A stretch of DNA of 62,575 nt, filler included, from Sphacelaria rigidula (lineage: Eukaryota), in NCBI GenBank assembly GCA_964200075.2. It is 10 parts of 10 records of this genome, joined end to end, with 100 filler letters (N's around TTAATTAATTAA, not from the genome) between each part and the next. Parts side by side here need not be neighbours in the genome. Positions count along the whole stretch, not along the records: positions 12,537 to 18,704 come from CAXNAA020021790.1; positions 18,805 to 24,972 come from CAXNAA020021791.1; 8 more parts are not named here. One strand, given 5' to 3'. Under the pieces are notes generated by a model that saw only the letters and a list, made by a program, of their open reading frames with translations, was not told the origin of the DNA and did no database searches. Shown here piece by piece: positions 12,690-24,296 of this stretch (its first letter is position 1; each line of letters starts with the position of its first letter). The position numbers and the translations under genes were made by a program.

Positions 12690-12991
12690 GGCTAGGCGGC
12701 TGTTGACGCCTTGGAATGACTTGCTCTACTAACTGGGGCCGTTCCAGGGCAACTTTGCACTCCCCGCTGGCCGCACTTTCATTTTTGGCCGAACACGGAT
12801 TTTCAACAAAAAACGGCCGAGCGATGAAAAAACAGGGGGGAATTTTGATCAACTGACCGCTTTTTACTGAAAATTCGTGTTTGGCCTGATTTGGTCACAA
12901 ACAAAAGTGCGGCCCGCGGGAAATGCAGAGCTGCCCTAGAACGGTCTCAACGAGTAGAGCATGTCATTCCAAGGCGTCAATATCCGCCTAG
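12690..12991. mobile_element. Palindromic MITE/foldback remnant
   Basis: CTAGGCGG..TTGACGCCTTGGAATGAC..GCTCTACT is mirrored by AGTAGAGC..GTCATTCCAAGGCGTCAA..CCGCCTAG. A related half copy lies at ~35860-35912. Confidence 0.7.
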
Positions 12992-15900
12992 CGCTCTTTA
13001 CGAGCGTAAATCGACGGAGAAGGGCCCAACAGCCAGTTTTCGACTGGGATTTTGAACGACTCCCATTAGAGTTGGCCTCACTACTTTTAATATTTTCCAT
13101 CCAGTTTCGGAGAATTTAAGACTTTTACAGACAAATGTGCGGGAAGTAAAACCCAACTCCAAGTTTCCCGAGTAATATGTACTCAGTCTTGAATTGTTCT
13201 ATTCCTTGACCTACGAAAAATCTGCTGTAACATTTTTTGCGGAGGCAAATTTTGGATTTGACGAAAAAGTCTGAAAAGTCTGAAGAAAAAAAGAACTGGG
13301 AATAAATGACCCCAAAGCGGCTAAAATATCTTGTTACTGCAAGTGGTTGAATGCACACGGTGGTCCCGGACGCGAAGTGAAACATTTATTCATTGACGAA
13401 ACCATTCTTTCGGGGGGAGGGGGATTGAAAACAAAATCGTTCGGTCATTATCTGTGAGTCCCCAACAACAGAATTGCAACAAGGTAAATTGCAAGACCAA
13501 GACAACTGCCTTACCTGTCCACGTGTTTGTGTCGGGGCAATGTCCTCGGAGGAAGTGTTATTCTCTATTTTTTGTTGTAGTATATGCCAAAGCTACTCCA
13601 TGTTCCCGAACGACTGGTGATGGACAGCAGGCATCACCACGAGTATCATGTTCGTGTAACCACAAGGACGACATTTCATCTCCCAAAGGTATACACACCG
13701 TGTTCGGAAACGATGTATTATCTGACAAGGGTTACCTCGATAAATATACACGGTGTCCCGAACGACTGTTGACGCTGGATAGCGGTTACATCATACACGC
13801 GCAAATGCATCGGAAACACATGAAGCTGTAAGCACGCCGGTCGATCGAGTGCGGTTTGACATCTGATCGACCGCGTTTAGAGGAAAAATGATATTGGACT
13901 CCATGTTTCGTGAGGACTAACAGGGATAGTATTGGAAAGACGAGCCCACGTCTATGCCACGGGTTCGAGAGATCAGACTGATGTGCGGAAATAATACTAA
14001 TTATGAGAGTGTCGTGGGGCGAAGGCTCCAAAAGCCGTTTCTGGCTAGGAAGATCTGGTTGCAACTCACTTGCCCCCCGCTCGGAACATGGCAATTTATT
14101 TCCCTGTCAAATGCGTACAGTACCCAGGCCTATAACGTGGTTTTCCAGTTTCCATTCAATGACGCTATGAGAACGTCAATAGATCGACTGCGGAGCGAGA
14201 CTGGACCAGCCACGCTTAGCACACCTGCACTAACCGAGTTTTAGACAAGGATGGTGAAGGGGAAATGGTTGCATGGTGGCTCACTTTTGGATTCGCCACA
14301 ATTTTGAACCTTTCAGTACCTCCTACTTTCCTCTTGGTGCGAGGGCACCCAAACATGCGGCGAGATAGGTACCGGTTGGCCTGTGCAATGCTCCCAGCGT
14401 AATCAAACAATCGTGTACGATGTCGACATCGTTCCCACACCACCATGCCTACAATAGACCCCCGATCCCGTATGGGCCATATGGTAGCTCGTGTATATTT
14501 TGAAGGCACTTTTAATTGTGTGCACACTCATCGTCTGGAGCATGCATGGTAGTTGCCAAGGCGACCGTGCGGGAGAGCGGTCTGAACGTTTTTGCGGGAT
14601 GGGGATTTTTCTAGCTGCCCTGTCGATTATTGCAACTACCCCTTGTAGGCCTCATCCAATAGACACTGCGTGATAAGATTTAGCGAGATGTAGCCACAGC
14701 AATCGTAGAGGTGAAGTAGATCGGTCGAGGTTGCGTGGGTAGGCTGCACTCGCAACGGGAAGATGCAACACGTGAAAATGCGGCGAGATTTCATGGGCGC
14801 GAAGGTCCATCGACCGTCCAGTTGACTACCGCACTGCTCCAAACTGCATTGGACTTTAGCTTCGCTAAGTACTGCGGTATTTCCTTTGCTGTAGGCAGAG
14901 TGGAGAAGTATCAACTAGAAATCGGCTTCAGGCGGCTAATAGGTTGTTCTCTCCTGTTGTATTGTAGCAATGCGGCCTCGACTGATTTTTCAAGCTCCAT
15001 CTCGGCCCGAGCCCATCGATGTATCGCAACTCGCGGAGCAGATCATGCTGTCTAAACCCTACGGTCGATATGAACGTTCCTGCTTTTGAGTTCCCCCGAT
15101 GCCGCTCACAAGAAACAACGACCGGAAGAATGTTTTGACTTGGAGTAAATATATGATACAGAATAATATTGTTTCGATCTCACCACAGTACAATCTAATA
15201 GATACGCACCCGCAAGAACGGGCACATGTCCGTCATAACGGTCGGGCAACGCGGGATTTTTTCTGGCCTCCGAGTCAACAAGTACACATGCCCTCAGGAA
15301 AATAAAAGGGTTCCCTCTCAGCCCCCTTTGCGAGGTGCACATATTGATGTGACGTGATATGCCCGTGCTCCTTGGCGGGGAAATCAATTACCCCCAAACC
15401 ACGGCCTGGAAGTGAGAGTCTTATGTGCTAGACCTGGGAGGGAAGACCATAGGCTGGCTTTCGAGAGTGTAGCGTCTCATTTGCGGAAATTGACATGTGG
15501 TACGCAGCATGTACATAAAAAAGCACGGAACGTTCCCACGAAGCAAAGGTGGCGGCTAGTGTGTATAATGCGGTGGGTCATGTGTTGTACCTGTTTCTTT
15601 ACGACTCTCGGATCCTTTGTGCACCTGCGCAGTGGGCGCATAGCCTTCCAGATATGCTGTGGTGCACGTGCGAGCTCAGCAACTTCGGTACACAGTATAC
15701 TACTGTACACAGGAGACCTGATACACAATTTTCGTTTCTCTTCACCGATCGTACCCTTCCCCGACAATTTTCCCGCACCACAATCAATTTCCCGAGTCGT
15801 TGTTTGTCGTCACGTGACGTCAACCACAGATCGCCTATTCATCGTCCACAGAGGATCTCTGACCTGATCGGGAGAACGGTTCCAGCAAGCGGGATATTCC

Positions 15901-17362
15901 CCCCATACAGGATCCCCACATCATCCCCCAAGGAACCGCAGTTCCCCTCACCCATCGCACAACAGAGCGAACACCTGTCCGTCTACCCAGCATCTCGTCC
16001 GCATTGCCACTCGAAATCAAGCCATATCCGTCGTCCTGTCGGTGAGTAAAATGAAGCACGTACGCATTACAGCTCAGGGACGGAAAGGGACGACCATCGG
16101 AAAGTACCACGACTTTTAGAAGCGTTTCGGCTACGTAGCTTGGTGTATGTTTGGCGATATGATGGTAGGCGAGATACACCGAGACCTGGCTTTGTCTGTC
16201 TAGCTGCCCAAGAGGGTGGTGTGGATCATTAATAAAGGAACGACGTCAAACCAACATTCATGGTGATTGTCAGGAACGACCTACCGGACAACCAATGCAA
16301 CAGTACAGTGTGTGGGAGCAGTCCACACACTGTCAAGTATCAACTTGGGTGAAATTAAAGCACGTTAGATGAGAATATTTTCAATCCTTGCTTTTCCCCG
16401 ACATCAACATCCAGGGAGTCCTAAACCGTTCGTATCGCGTGCGCGAAGGTGGCGGTAGCATCTGAAGTCCCGAGTGTCGGTCGGTGTCGGTCGGTGTTGG
16501 TTCGGCGTACAACTCCGATGCTCCGCATTTGATGCAGGTTTTCTGCTTTCTAAGGAGGAATCCACTCCCTGTCCAGATCATGCGCCCAACAAGAACGGCT
16601 GTGGCATTCACGGCGGCGGCGCTTCTCTACGGTAGTAGTGGAATCAATGCGTGAGTGTGAAACGAGTAGCCTAGATTCGTGTGAGATGTCGTGATCTTGC
16701 GATCGATGTATGCCCATGTGAGATCTCTTCCAAGACGTTCTCCCAATCGCCCACACATGGACCTTTTGTACTTGGTGCAGTTAACCGAGTAGACGGCTTG
16801 GTCTTCAAAATGTGAAGCTGGGTACAAAGGCGGCGACGAACGTCTCCTTCCCCAGTGTAATTTCAAGTGCGGATTATATGCCAGATTGAATGCCCCCGTT
16901 CAGCGCGAATAGCGCACTACCGCAACATGTTGGAAAACAGTTTTCATGACCCCCGTGGAAGTAAATCTGAGATCTCATGCACACGAATGGTACTTTGAGT
17001 ACGTTTTTGGCCCCAACGATGACGAAAGCACGGTGACTCTTTGTTTCATCCTCTGTCTCCTCTTGGCCTCGACACGGAATGGAACGCGCACATCACCACT
17101 TCGGCTGGAGAGCAGCAATGTGCAGTTGACAGTCAACGAGACCTGTACGGTCGATGCCGATGGCAAGGTGAGCAAAAATTCATACTTCGACACTTGACAT
17201 TACGTTGACCCTCCATAGCTTCTGCGACCTGCACCAGTGTTTTCGACAGGGGGCATTTCATATTCAAATTATGTGTAGCAAAACGAAAGTTACATGCACT
17301 CCCTGTTTGATTGTTCGCGAATAAACGACGTCATCAAACACAAAAAGCCACAACCCATTTAG

Positions 17363-17463
17363 CCCTTGGACCGCGATGCGGGTAGTTTATCTGGATCACA
17401 TGTACTTTTTCCAAGTGAAATTGATGCCAACGCAGCAGGCGACTCACCCTCGCGGTCAAAGGG
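17363..17463 (+). mobile_element. Family A TTAA MITE
   Basis: CCCTTGGACCGCGA...TCGCGGTCAAAGGG; internal homology to 907-1005. Confidence 0.75.
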
Positions 17464-17689
17464 TTTGGCGGTGATACTCGCCGAGCCAGCGGGAAATCTG
17501 TGTGTGGTGAAGGCAACCACGGTGAACCCCACCTGTGTGTTTTCCACCGTATTGCGGCCACGAAGACCCCTTGGTATCCGAGGTCTGCGGCCCCTCACGG
17601 AGATAAGTCCTGCTCCAGGGGCGGGAATGTGTTTATGATGTCATTGCAGTAGTGGCGGAACAACGATCGTCCCATCCTTGCTCGGAGCT

Positions 17690-18052
17690 TTTCATACGTC
17701 AGATGAGCGCGAGTGTGACTCGTGGCACTCGCACTCGTTGGGCTGCCCATTCGCCGTAAAAATGAATAGGGCGAGCACTCGATTCATTGCTTGTTGTGGA
17801 AAAAATGAGTAGGGCGAGCACTCGAAATATCGCTCGTTGTGGAAAAAATGAATAGGGCGAGCACTCGAGTCATTGCTCGTTGGGAAAAGAAATCATGGGG
17901 CGAGCACTCGAGTCATCACTCGTTGTGGAAACAAATTATTGGGCGAGCACACGAGTGATCGCTCGTTGGAAAAAAAAATCTTGAAGCGAGCACTCGAGTC
18001 ATTACTCGTTCTAGAACAAGTTAATTGGGCGAACACTCGAGTCTCTGCTCGC
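17690..18052 (+). repeat. 43-bp palindromic-unit minisatellite (about 7 units) behind a conserved leader
   Basis: Unit ~GGGCGAGCACTCGAGTCATTGCTCGTTGTGGAAAAAATGAATA. The leader TTTCATACGTC..CGAGTGTGACTCGTGGCACTCGCACTCGTTGG is shared with 19481. Confidence 0.9.
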
Positions 18053-18569
18053 GATGAACGGCTTCAGTGGAGGAGTCATCAACCACACGAGCAAATAACT
18101 ATAATGAGTTCTTTGACGATCTTGAATCAAGAATCTTCAAGTTTATATGCATATCTGCACATGTACAAGCGTCAACCTCAAACACAGGTGTTGAAGTACT
18201 TGCCTGTGCGACTGGCGGAACTTGACGACTTGGATGTATCGATCATCGTGGGAGCTAACGAGAGATGTGTAGTTCCGTTAGGGGCGGACACCCCAGGGGC
18301 CGGGGCGGGGGTAAAAGAAGCTAAGATATAGACACCTTGAGAGATGTCAGTTTGTGGTTATTATACTGAATAGTTTTGTGGTGGACGGAGCCACGGTGGT
18401 CACATCCAGGTAGGTCTCTGCGCCCCTATTTTTCTTGCAGAGCAATCATCGATCTAAAAAGGGGTGGGTATTCCGCTTGAGACCCATTTCCCCACGATCG
18501 TGCGTTTGCGGTAGGTGTCCATTTGTGTTACTTCCCCGTAAAAATGATGCCGCAGGGGCCCCACTTATT

Positions 18570-18704
18570 TAACCCTTTGGGAACGCAAGTGCTGAATCGG
18601 CATCATGTTGACTTGGAAATAAACACGGTTAGGACAAATCATCTCGACTCAAAATCACCAAATTCACGATTTCTTCTGTCTGATTGCCCGAAAGGGAGGA
18701 AAAA
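18570..18704. mobile_element. TTAA MITE left end (like 60793) interrupted by a reverse family-B hAT MITE starting at 18624; cut by the contig end
   Basis: TTAACCCTTTGGGAA..GAATCGGCATCATGT is followed by CACGGTTAGGACAAATCATCTCGACTCAAAATCACCAAATTCACGATTT. Confidence 0.65.
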
Positions 18705-19708
18705 NNNNNNNNNNNNNNNNNNNNNNNNNNNNNNNNNNNNNNNNNNNNTTAATTAATTAANNNNNNNNNNNNNNNNNNNNNNNNNNNNNNNNNNNNNNNN
18801 NNNNCAACTCGTCTGCGTCGATGAGATATTGCTTTTAGAGCTTAAATCCGTTTTTAGGCTGGCCCAGCTCTCAGACAGTACATCAAGTACGGACCGTGCA
18901 ACAATAGCGGCCTGTACTGTACTAGTGTGTCTCGCACAGCATGCAGGCGCGATATGGAAAAGAACCGGGCAACGCAACATCTAGACAGCACAGCGTTTCG
19001 ACTCTTTGCATACAGGGCGACGTCAAGCAGATTTGGACCGTGTGCAGTTTTGCACTATCCCTACTGTCCATGATTGCGTTGGCAATTTAATCGCCCACCT
19101 CAACACGCAACTCCGTCGGTGGACCCCACCACGAAACTAGATGTCCAGGTTTTCGCCGACAAAAAAGAGACGCGTCATGCCAATGGAGGTGGTGTCGGGG
19201 TCCATCACTACAGTGTACGTATCCCTGTGCTTAGTTCGTCATTCATGCCCAGTCTTGCGCCAAAAAAAAACACGTCAACTGTCACGATTCCCGCATACAA
19301 AAATCATACGCACGTCATGTATCTTTCGACGGTTCAACAGGGTTTATTTCCTCATTTCCAGTACAAACCAAGGGTTATTTTGCTTGTGGATTTCTCCGCC
19401 ATGTCTCTTCTATCAAGCCTGAAACTTGGCACAGAGGTAGACCACGACACAGACAGCATATTCCCGGAGCGGCAGTACGTTTTCATACGTCGGACAAGTA
19501 CGAGTGTGACTCGTGGCACTCGCACTCGTTGGCCGTAAAAAATCATGGAGCGAGCGCTCGAGTCTTAGCTCGTTGTGGAAAAAATTATTCGGGCGGGCAC
19601 TCGAGTCATAGCTCATTGTGGAAAAATGTTAGTAGGGCGATTACTCGAGTCATTGCTCGTCGTGGAAACAAACTAATAGGGCGAGCACTCGAGTCATTGT
19701 TCGTTGTG

Positions 19709-21276
19709 GGGTAATCGCCAACGTCCGGTATACCGACGGTATTTTCGCCAACGTCCGGTATAGCTCACACCCCCCCTCAGAAAAGCCACTATTGCAGCCG
19801 CCTGATTGACCACATCCCGCCGCGTGCGCATTCTGGCGAAAACACACACGGTATACCTGTTCTTGGAAACTCGATTTGGCCTTCACCGGTTTTTGGCGAT
19901 CGAGACAGTATTGCTCAAGTTCCCGGCCAGCCCCAAAACACACACGTTACCATTTTCTATGCTACGTTTCGACGGCTGGCCGTTGGAGATCATAATATCC
20001 CGAGTTTCGTTTCGTCTCTCCGATCACCCGCCGTCCTGGAGCTCTACCCGTCAATCCGACAACGAGCACGCTTTGTCAATCCGTCGATGAACACGCAACA
20101 CGCAATGTCGATCGGACAAAGCACGTGGTGGTTCCACGGGTTTGAAGAGAACCTCCAGTTCAGAGCACACGGCGCCCTCACCAAACGAACCGTCACCCTC
20201 GCAGGAACATGCAGAGCACAACATGTCACCGCCCACGCGAATCCAACATCAAATGCTCCATTCTCCCGTCATCTCAGCGTCACTTTTTTTTTCACAGCGG
20301 GGGCTTGTCTGTCGCTTGTTGTTGGACGTGCCGGCATACATACACCCAAGAAAGGGGGTCACGGCTGCACGGCAGCTATTTGAATCCAAGGGCTTGCTGC
20401 CGCTGCCTGCATGTGCACAGCGCTTCGGCACGTCTCCGTACCTTTTCCGACTGCACATTGTTTGACCGTAGTTGCAACTGTAAGATGGGCAATTAGGGCG
20501 TGTCTTCGCACTTTTCTCTTGGATCGAAAATATGGGGAAGTGGAATCAATCTGAGCGAAAATTTCTCGTGTTGATGCAGTTGGGTCGAGGTGGTTTGTCA
20601 TGCTTTCCATCGAATAAAGGCAATGGAATTCGCGAGACGGTACGTGTGGTCACTCATCTACAGCACAATACAGACAGTCTGTACTGTCGGCACCAGAACG
20701 CTCACTCGGAGTGTGCGCTCAGCTGTTTGCTGTCACTGTGTAATACTCCTGTTTCAGTACAGCGCTGTTAACTTGGTAAGATTGGGAAGGGGCGGCCATC
20801 TTGGGACGTTATGGGTGCCACAGTCGTAGGTTCGTGGGCTCGTGACAGCCAGCCAGGAGTAAACACAGCACTGGGGGCCGTGTGCTTTGAACTGGAGGTT
20901 CTCTTCAAACCCGTGGAACCACCACGTCCTTTGTCGGATCGACATTGCGTGTTGCGTGTTCGTTGACGGATTGACAAAGCGTGCTCGTTGTCGGATTGAC
21001 GAAACGAAACTCGGGATATTATGATCTCCAACGGCCAGCCGTCGAAACGTAGCATAGAAAATGGTAACGTGTGTGTTTTGGGGCTGGCCGGGAACTTGAG
21101 CAATACTGTCTCGATCGCCAAAAACCGGTGAAGGCCAAATCGAGTTTCCAAGAACAGGTATACCGTGTGTGTTTTCGCCAGAATGCGCACGCGGCGGGAT
21201 GTGGTCAATCAGGCGGCTGCAATAGTAGCTTTTCTGAGGGGGGGGTGTGAGCTATACCGGACGTTGGCGATTGCCC
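19709..21276. mobile_element. Non-autonomous long-TIR DNA transposon (Mutator/foldback-like), 1568 bp
   Basis: Near-identical TIRs ~19709-20176 and ~20875-21276 (hence the identical ORF translations 19806+ and 21208-). Termini are GGG(T/C)AATCGCCAACG. 9-bp TSD TTCGTTGTG / TTCGTTGCG. Confidence 0.9.
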
Positions 21277-21341
21277 TTCGTTGCGGAAGCAAGCTATCAA
21301 GGCGAGCATTCGAGTCAGTGCTCATTATGGAAAACGTTGAG

Positions 21342-22312
21342 CCCTTTGGGACCAGGCCCCCAGAACGACCAATGAGGCTGATTAGGAATGACGTGTCTGA
21401 CGACTGCACGAAACGTTGGCCTGTTGATGAAAATCCGCGTATGTTACCATAGGGTTTTGGGGAAGACCGAAAGCTTCATCTAATCTATTTTCAGGTGCAG
21501 GGTGCACATCAGGTCATGTTCATCTCATATGGCAAGCAGTATGGCTCGTGGTAGAGCTTTCAACAGGATGCGGCGACCGACGGGCCGCCCGCCACTTCTG
21601 GCCTCCTATGTATGCATCACCTTGCAATACAGCATTTTGTGGTCAGGGTGGGCTGCCATTTCGCTCTTTGTTGCATGTAACAAATTCTCTTCAAAGGGTG
21701 TAGGCGTTGCGGCGCACACACATACAGTACAGTACAGTAAGTGCAGTACACCTCCCCGACGGCAGCAGCTGCTGCCGCTGGATACCTCCTTGCACCTTCT
21801 TAGCAGTTTTCAGCGGCGGAGATCAGCTGCCTACACACAGCTCATTCATCCCCACCCACTACATATATGTTCACAGTGTTGTGTAAGTCATCGGCAGAGG
21901 GATGAGCAGAATTCATGGCGGTAGCTCCTCGTGAAAATGAACACATTGTGGCATGTACGCTCCTTCCAGGTTTCCCCACTCCATCCTGTGTTGGTGTATT
22001 AAATACTTCGTAGTGTTGGCTGGCGACCCCAAAAAACTCCTGGGAAGCCACGAGAACGCAATACTGAGTGCAAGTGATACGATGAGCCTTGCCTGGAGCA
22101 CCCTGTTTTTCAAAACCTGGGAGGGCTTATATGAGCCAAGGTTGGGGCCCCAAAACTATATTTGCAGTGATGTCACTCTCGGCAACAGTCCCCGGGCTGG
22201 TCGATAAATTTCGCCTCGCCGTCATTGGGCAAGTCGCTCCCTGACTTCTTCACTCCATCACGAAGACACGGTTAACCTCGTGTTAGTAAGGGGTTGGCGT
22301 CATCCAAAAGGG
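21342..22312. mobile_element. Possible ~970-bp piggyBac-type non-autonomous insertion
   Basis: Begins CCCTTTGG and ends CCAAAAGGG exactly where the 43-bp array stops and resumes. The TSD is degenerate. Confidence 0.45.
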
Positions 22313-23049
22313 CAAATAGGGCGGGCACTCGAGTCATTGCTCGTTGTGGGAACAAACCAATAAAGCGGTCACTCGAGTCACTGCTCGTGGTGGAAAACAT
22401 CAACTGAGAGAGCATTCGAGTCATTAATTGTCAAATAATGAATCGAGCACACGAGTCATTGGTCGGTGTAGAAAAAAGTACCGACTCGAACACGCTAGTC
22501 ATGCTCCTCGTGTTTGCTCCAAACATCCGCGAGTGCTCTCGTTTCGACGGGTAATGACTCATGCGACGTGTGCACGTTTTGCGTGGTGTGCTAGACGCAC
22601 GAAGCAAAATACAGATTTGGGGCAATGTCCTCGATACGCCCTCAAAACGCAGTCCCCCTCGGCCCAGACTGCGAGAGGCCCAAGTGGATGCATATGTTGA
22701 CACGCAGATCCGCTCACTTCCTGCTGGGTAGCTCATGCCCAGGCAAACGAACACATCGATCCGCATTGCGCATACTCAGGATGATGTCACTCTACGCGGT
22801 ACATATCTTGGTATCGCCTATAGAGGTGCTTATTTCAAGAGACGCGACCGCGCAAGCGCTGTTAGTGCATTTACGTGCTGAAACTTCGACCTCATGTCAT
22901 GTAGAGTACAGACAACAGCCCCACCTTGCTGAATCGGGGGTTGCGCGGAGTGTACGTACGTCATCTGGCGAAAATATGTCAGATTTTGTTCCGTTTTTTT
23001 TTTGGCGGAAGACTAGCGCGGGGTAAACTAGGTTGCGAACGAACTATTT

Positions 23050-23305
23050 CAAGGGTCGGACAAGTAATGATTCGTCTGGAAATTACTTGGTTCTCGTATG
23101 ATGAGTCGACTCGTGACGAATCAATCTTTCGATTTTATTTCACCGTTGCAACCCAGATACACGCAGCCGAGACCCATGGAATGGCGCAAATATTGCGTGG
23201 ATAACTCTTGGATCGGCGATCAACTTTTCTTCCCCTCTTGGGTTATGAGGTCGAGGAAATAAAGAATTTGGTCATTTCAAGTCGTGATGGTTTGTCCCAA
23301 CCGTG
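23050..23305 (+). mobile_element. Family B hAT-type MITE
   Basis: CAAGGGTCGGACAAGT...GTTTGTCCCAACCGTG; flanks GAACTATTT / GAGCTATTT (8-9 bp duplication). Confidence 0.8.
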
Positions 23306-24131
23306 GAGCTATTTTATTCGGGTACACCGAGTTGTGGGAAGGGACTGTATCTGGCACGGTTGTCCGCAACATGAGAGTTATGTGCCCTTTCGTTCGTTCC
23401 GCCGTTGATTCTGCTCGAGAGAGCCAAGCTCTTCAGTTCGTGACCCTGCCCGTCGCGCGCAACCAAATATGAATTCAAGCGCAGCCATCTGTGGAGGAAA
23501 ATGTCGTGGACGGACACCATCCGACACAGCCTCATGGCGATTAATTCGATTTGACCGATTGTTTTCGAGTCGAGAAATGTTCGATCAGACACGGCCTCCG
23601 TGTACAGAAGTGTTTCAGCAAATATACAGAGCCTTGATGGGGTACACACGGATCTGAGGTTCGTGGATTGGAGTCCCTCCATTTCATAGCAACGATGTGG
23701 GTCCCGCCAGAGTTGACATTAGTCCCTTCGAAAAATGGTCTGAAAAGCATAACAGAAAAGTGGTCTGTCCTCATTCCACCAAATGTGTACGCCAAATCCG
23801 TAGCGATTATACTTGGATTGTGCAGAGATGTGCCAGGACGTGCCCGGAGAGTCGACGTTCCAAAACCATGGATTCTCGAGAATGCTGCTGTCAACGATAT
23901 TTCGCCATCAATGCGCCAACAGGTCCACCAAACATCTTTCAAGTGAGGGATACCGCAAAATACTTCGGAAATCGTTCGACATGGCAACCAAGTCTCGACC
24001 GTACGGGAGGAAAAGTCATCACCACTGAACGCACAGTCCAGTTGAGCAGTATTTGTTCGGCAATGTTGACATATCGCGACAGGTGTCCCTGACTGTACAA
24101 GAACGACTGAGATTGCGACGCCCAGCCTCAC

Positions 24132-24296
24132 CTTGGTTGGGGCCCGCGTCGCGTTGTAGTCTTCAACCAGCATCCAATATGCTGTCCCGCCGCCAGACGT
24201 GGGCCGCACTCGTGGGGAACAGGCAAGAAGAAGTGAAGCGACTAGGACAGAAGCAGCCGAGTCAAGCACCTTCGCCCTCAGCCCCGGCATTCGCAT
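24132..24296 (-). CDS. Possible first exon of an unknown secreted protein
   Basis: ATG start, hydrophobic stretch (SVLVASLLLACS), 55 codons to an AAG|GTGAGG donor. No family motif. Confidence 0.3.

Larger units (their letters stand above)
19481..22560 (+). repeat. Second copy of the 43-bp minisatellite element, split by two nested insertions
   Basis: Units at 19545-19708, 21277-21335 and 22315-22540; same leader as 17690. Confidence 0.8.

Noticed and set aside
17050..17167. Possible plus-strand exon ending AAG|GTGAGC
   Set aside because: Good donor, but no clear acceptor and no protein motif.
17760..18052. CRISPR array
   Set aside because: The variable parts are only ~12 bp, A-rich and similar to each other, and the repeats are degenerate. 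There are no cas genes and the context is eukaryotic. It is a minisatellite.
19806..21208. Duplicated protein-coding gene (two MTTSRRVRIL ORFs)
   Set aside because: The identity comes from the TIRs of one element; the starts are non-ATG and the peptide has no recognisable motif.
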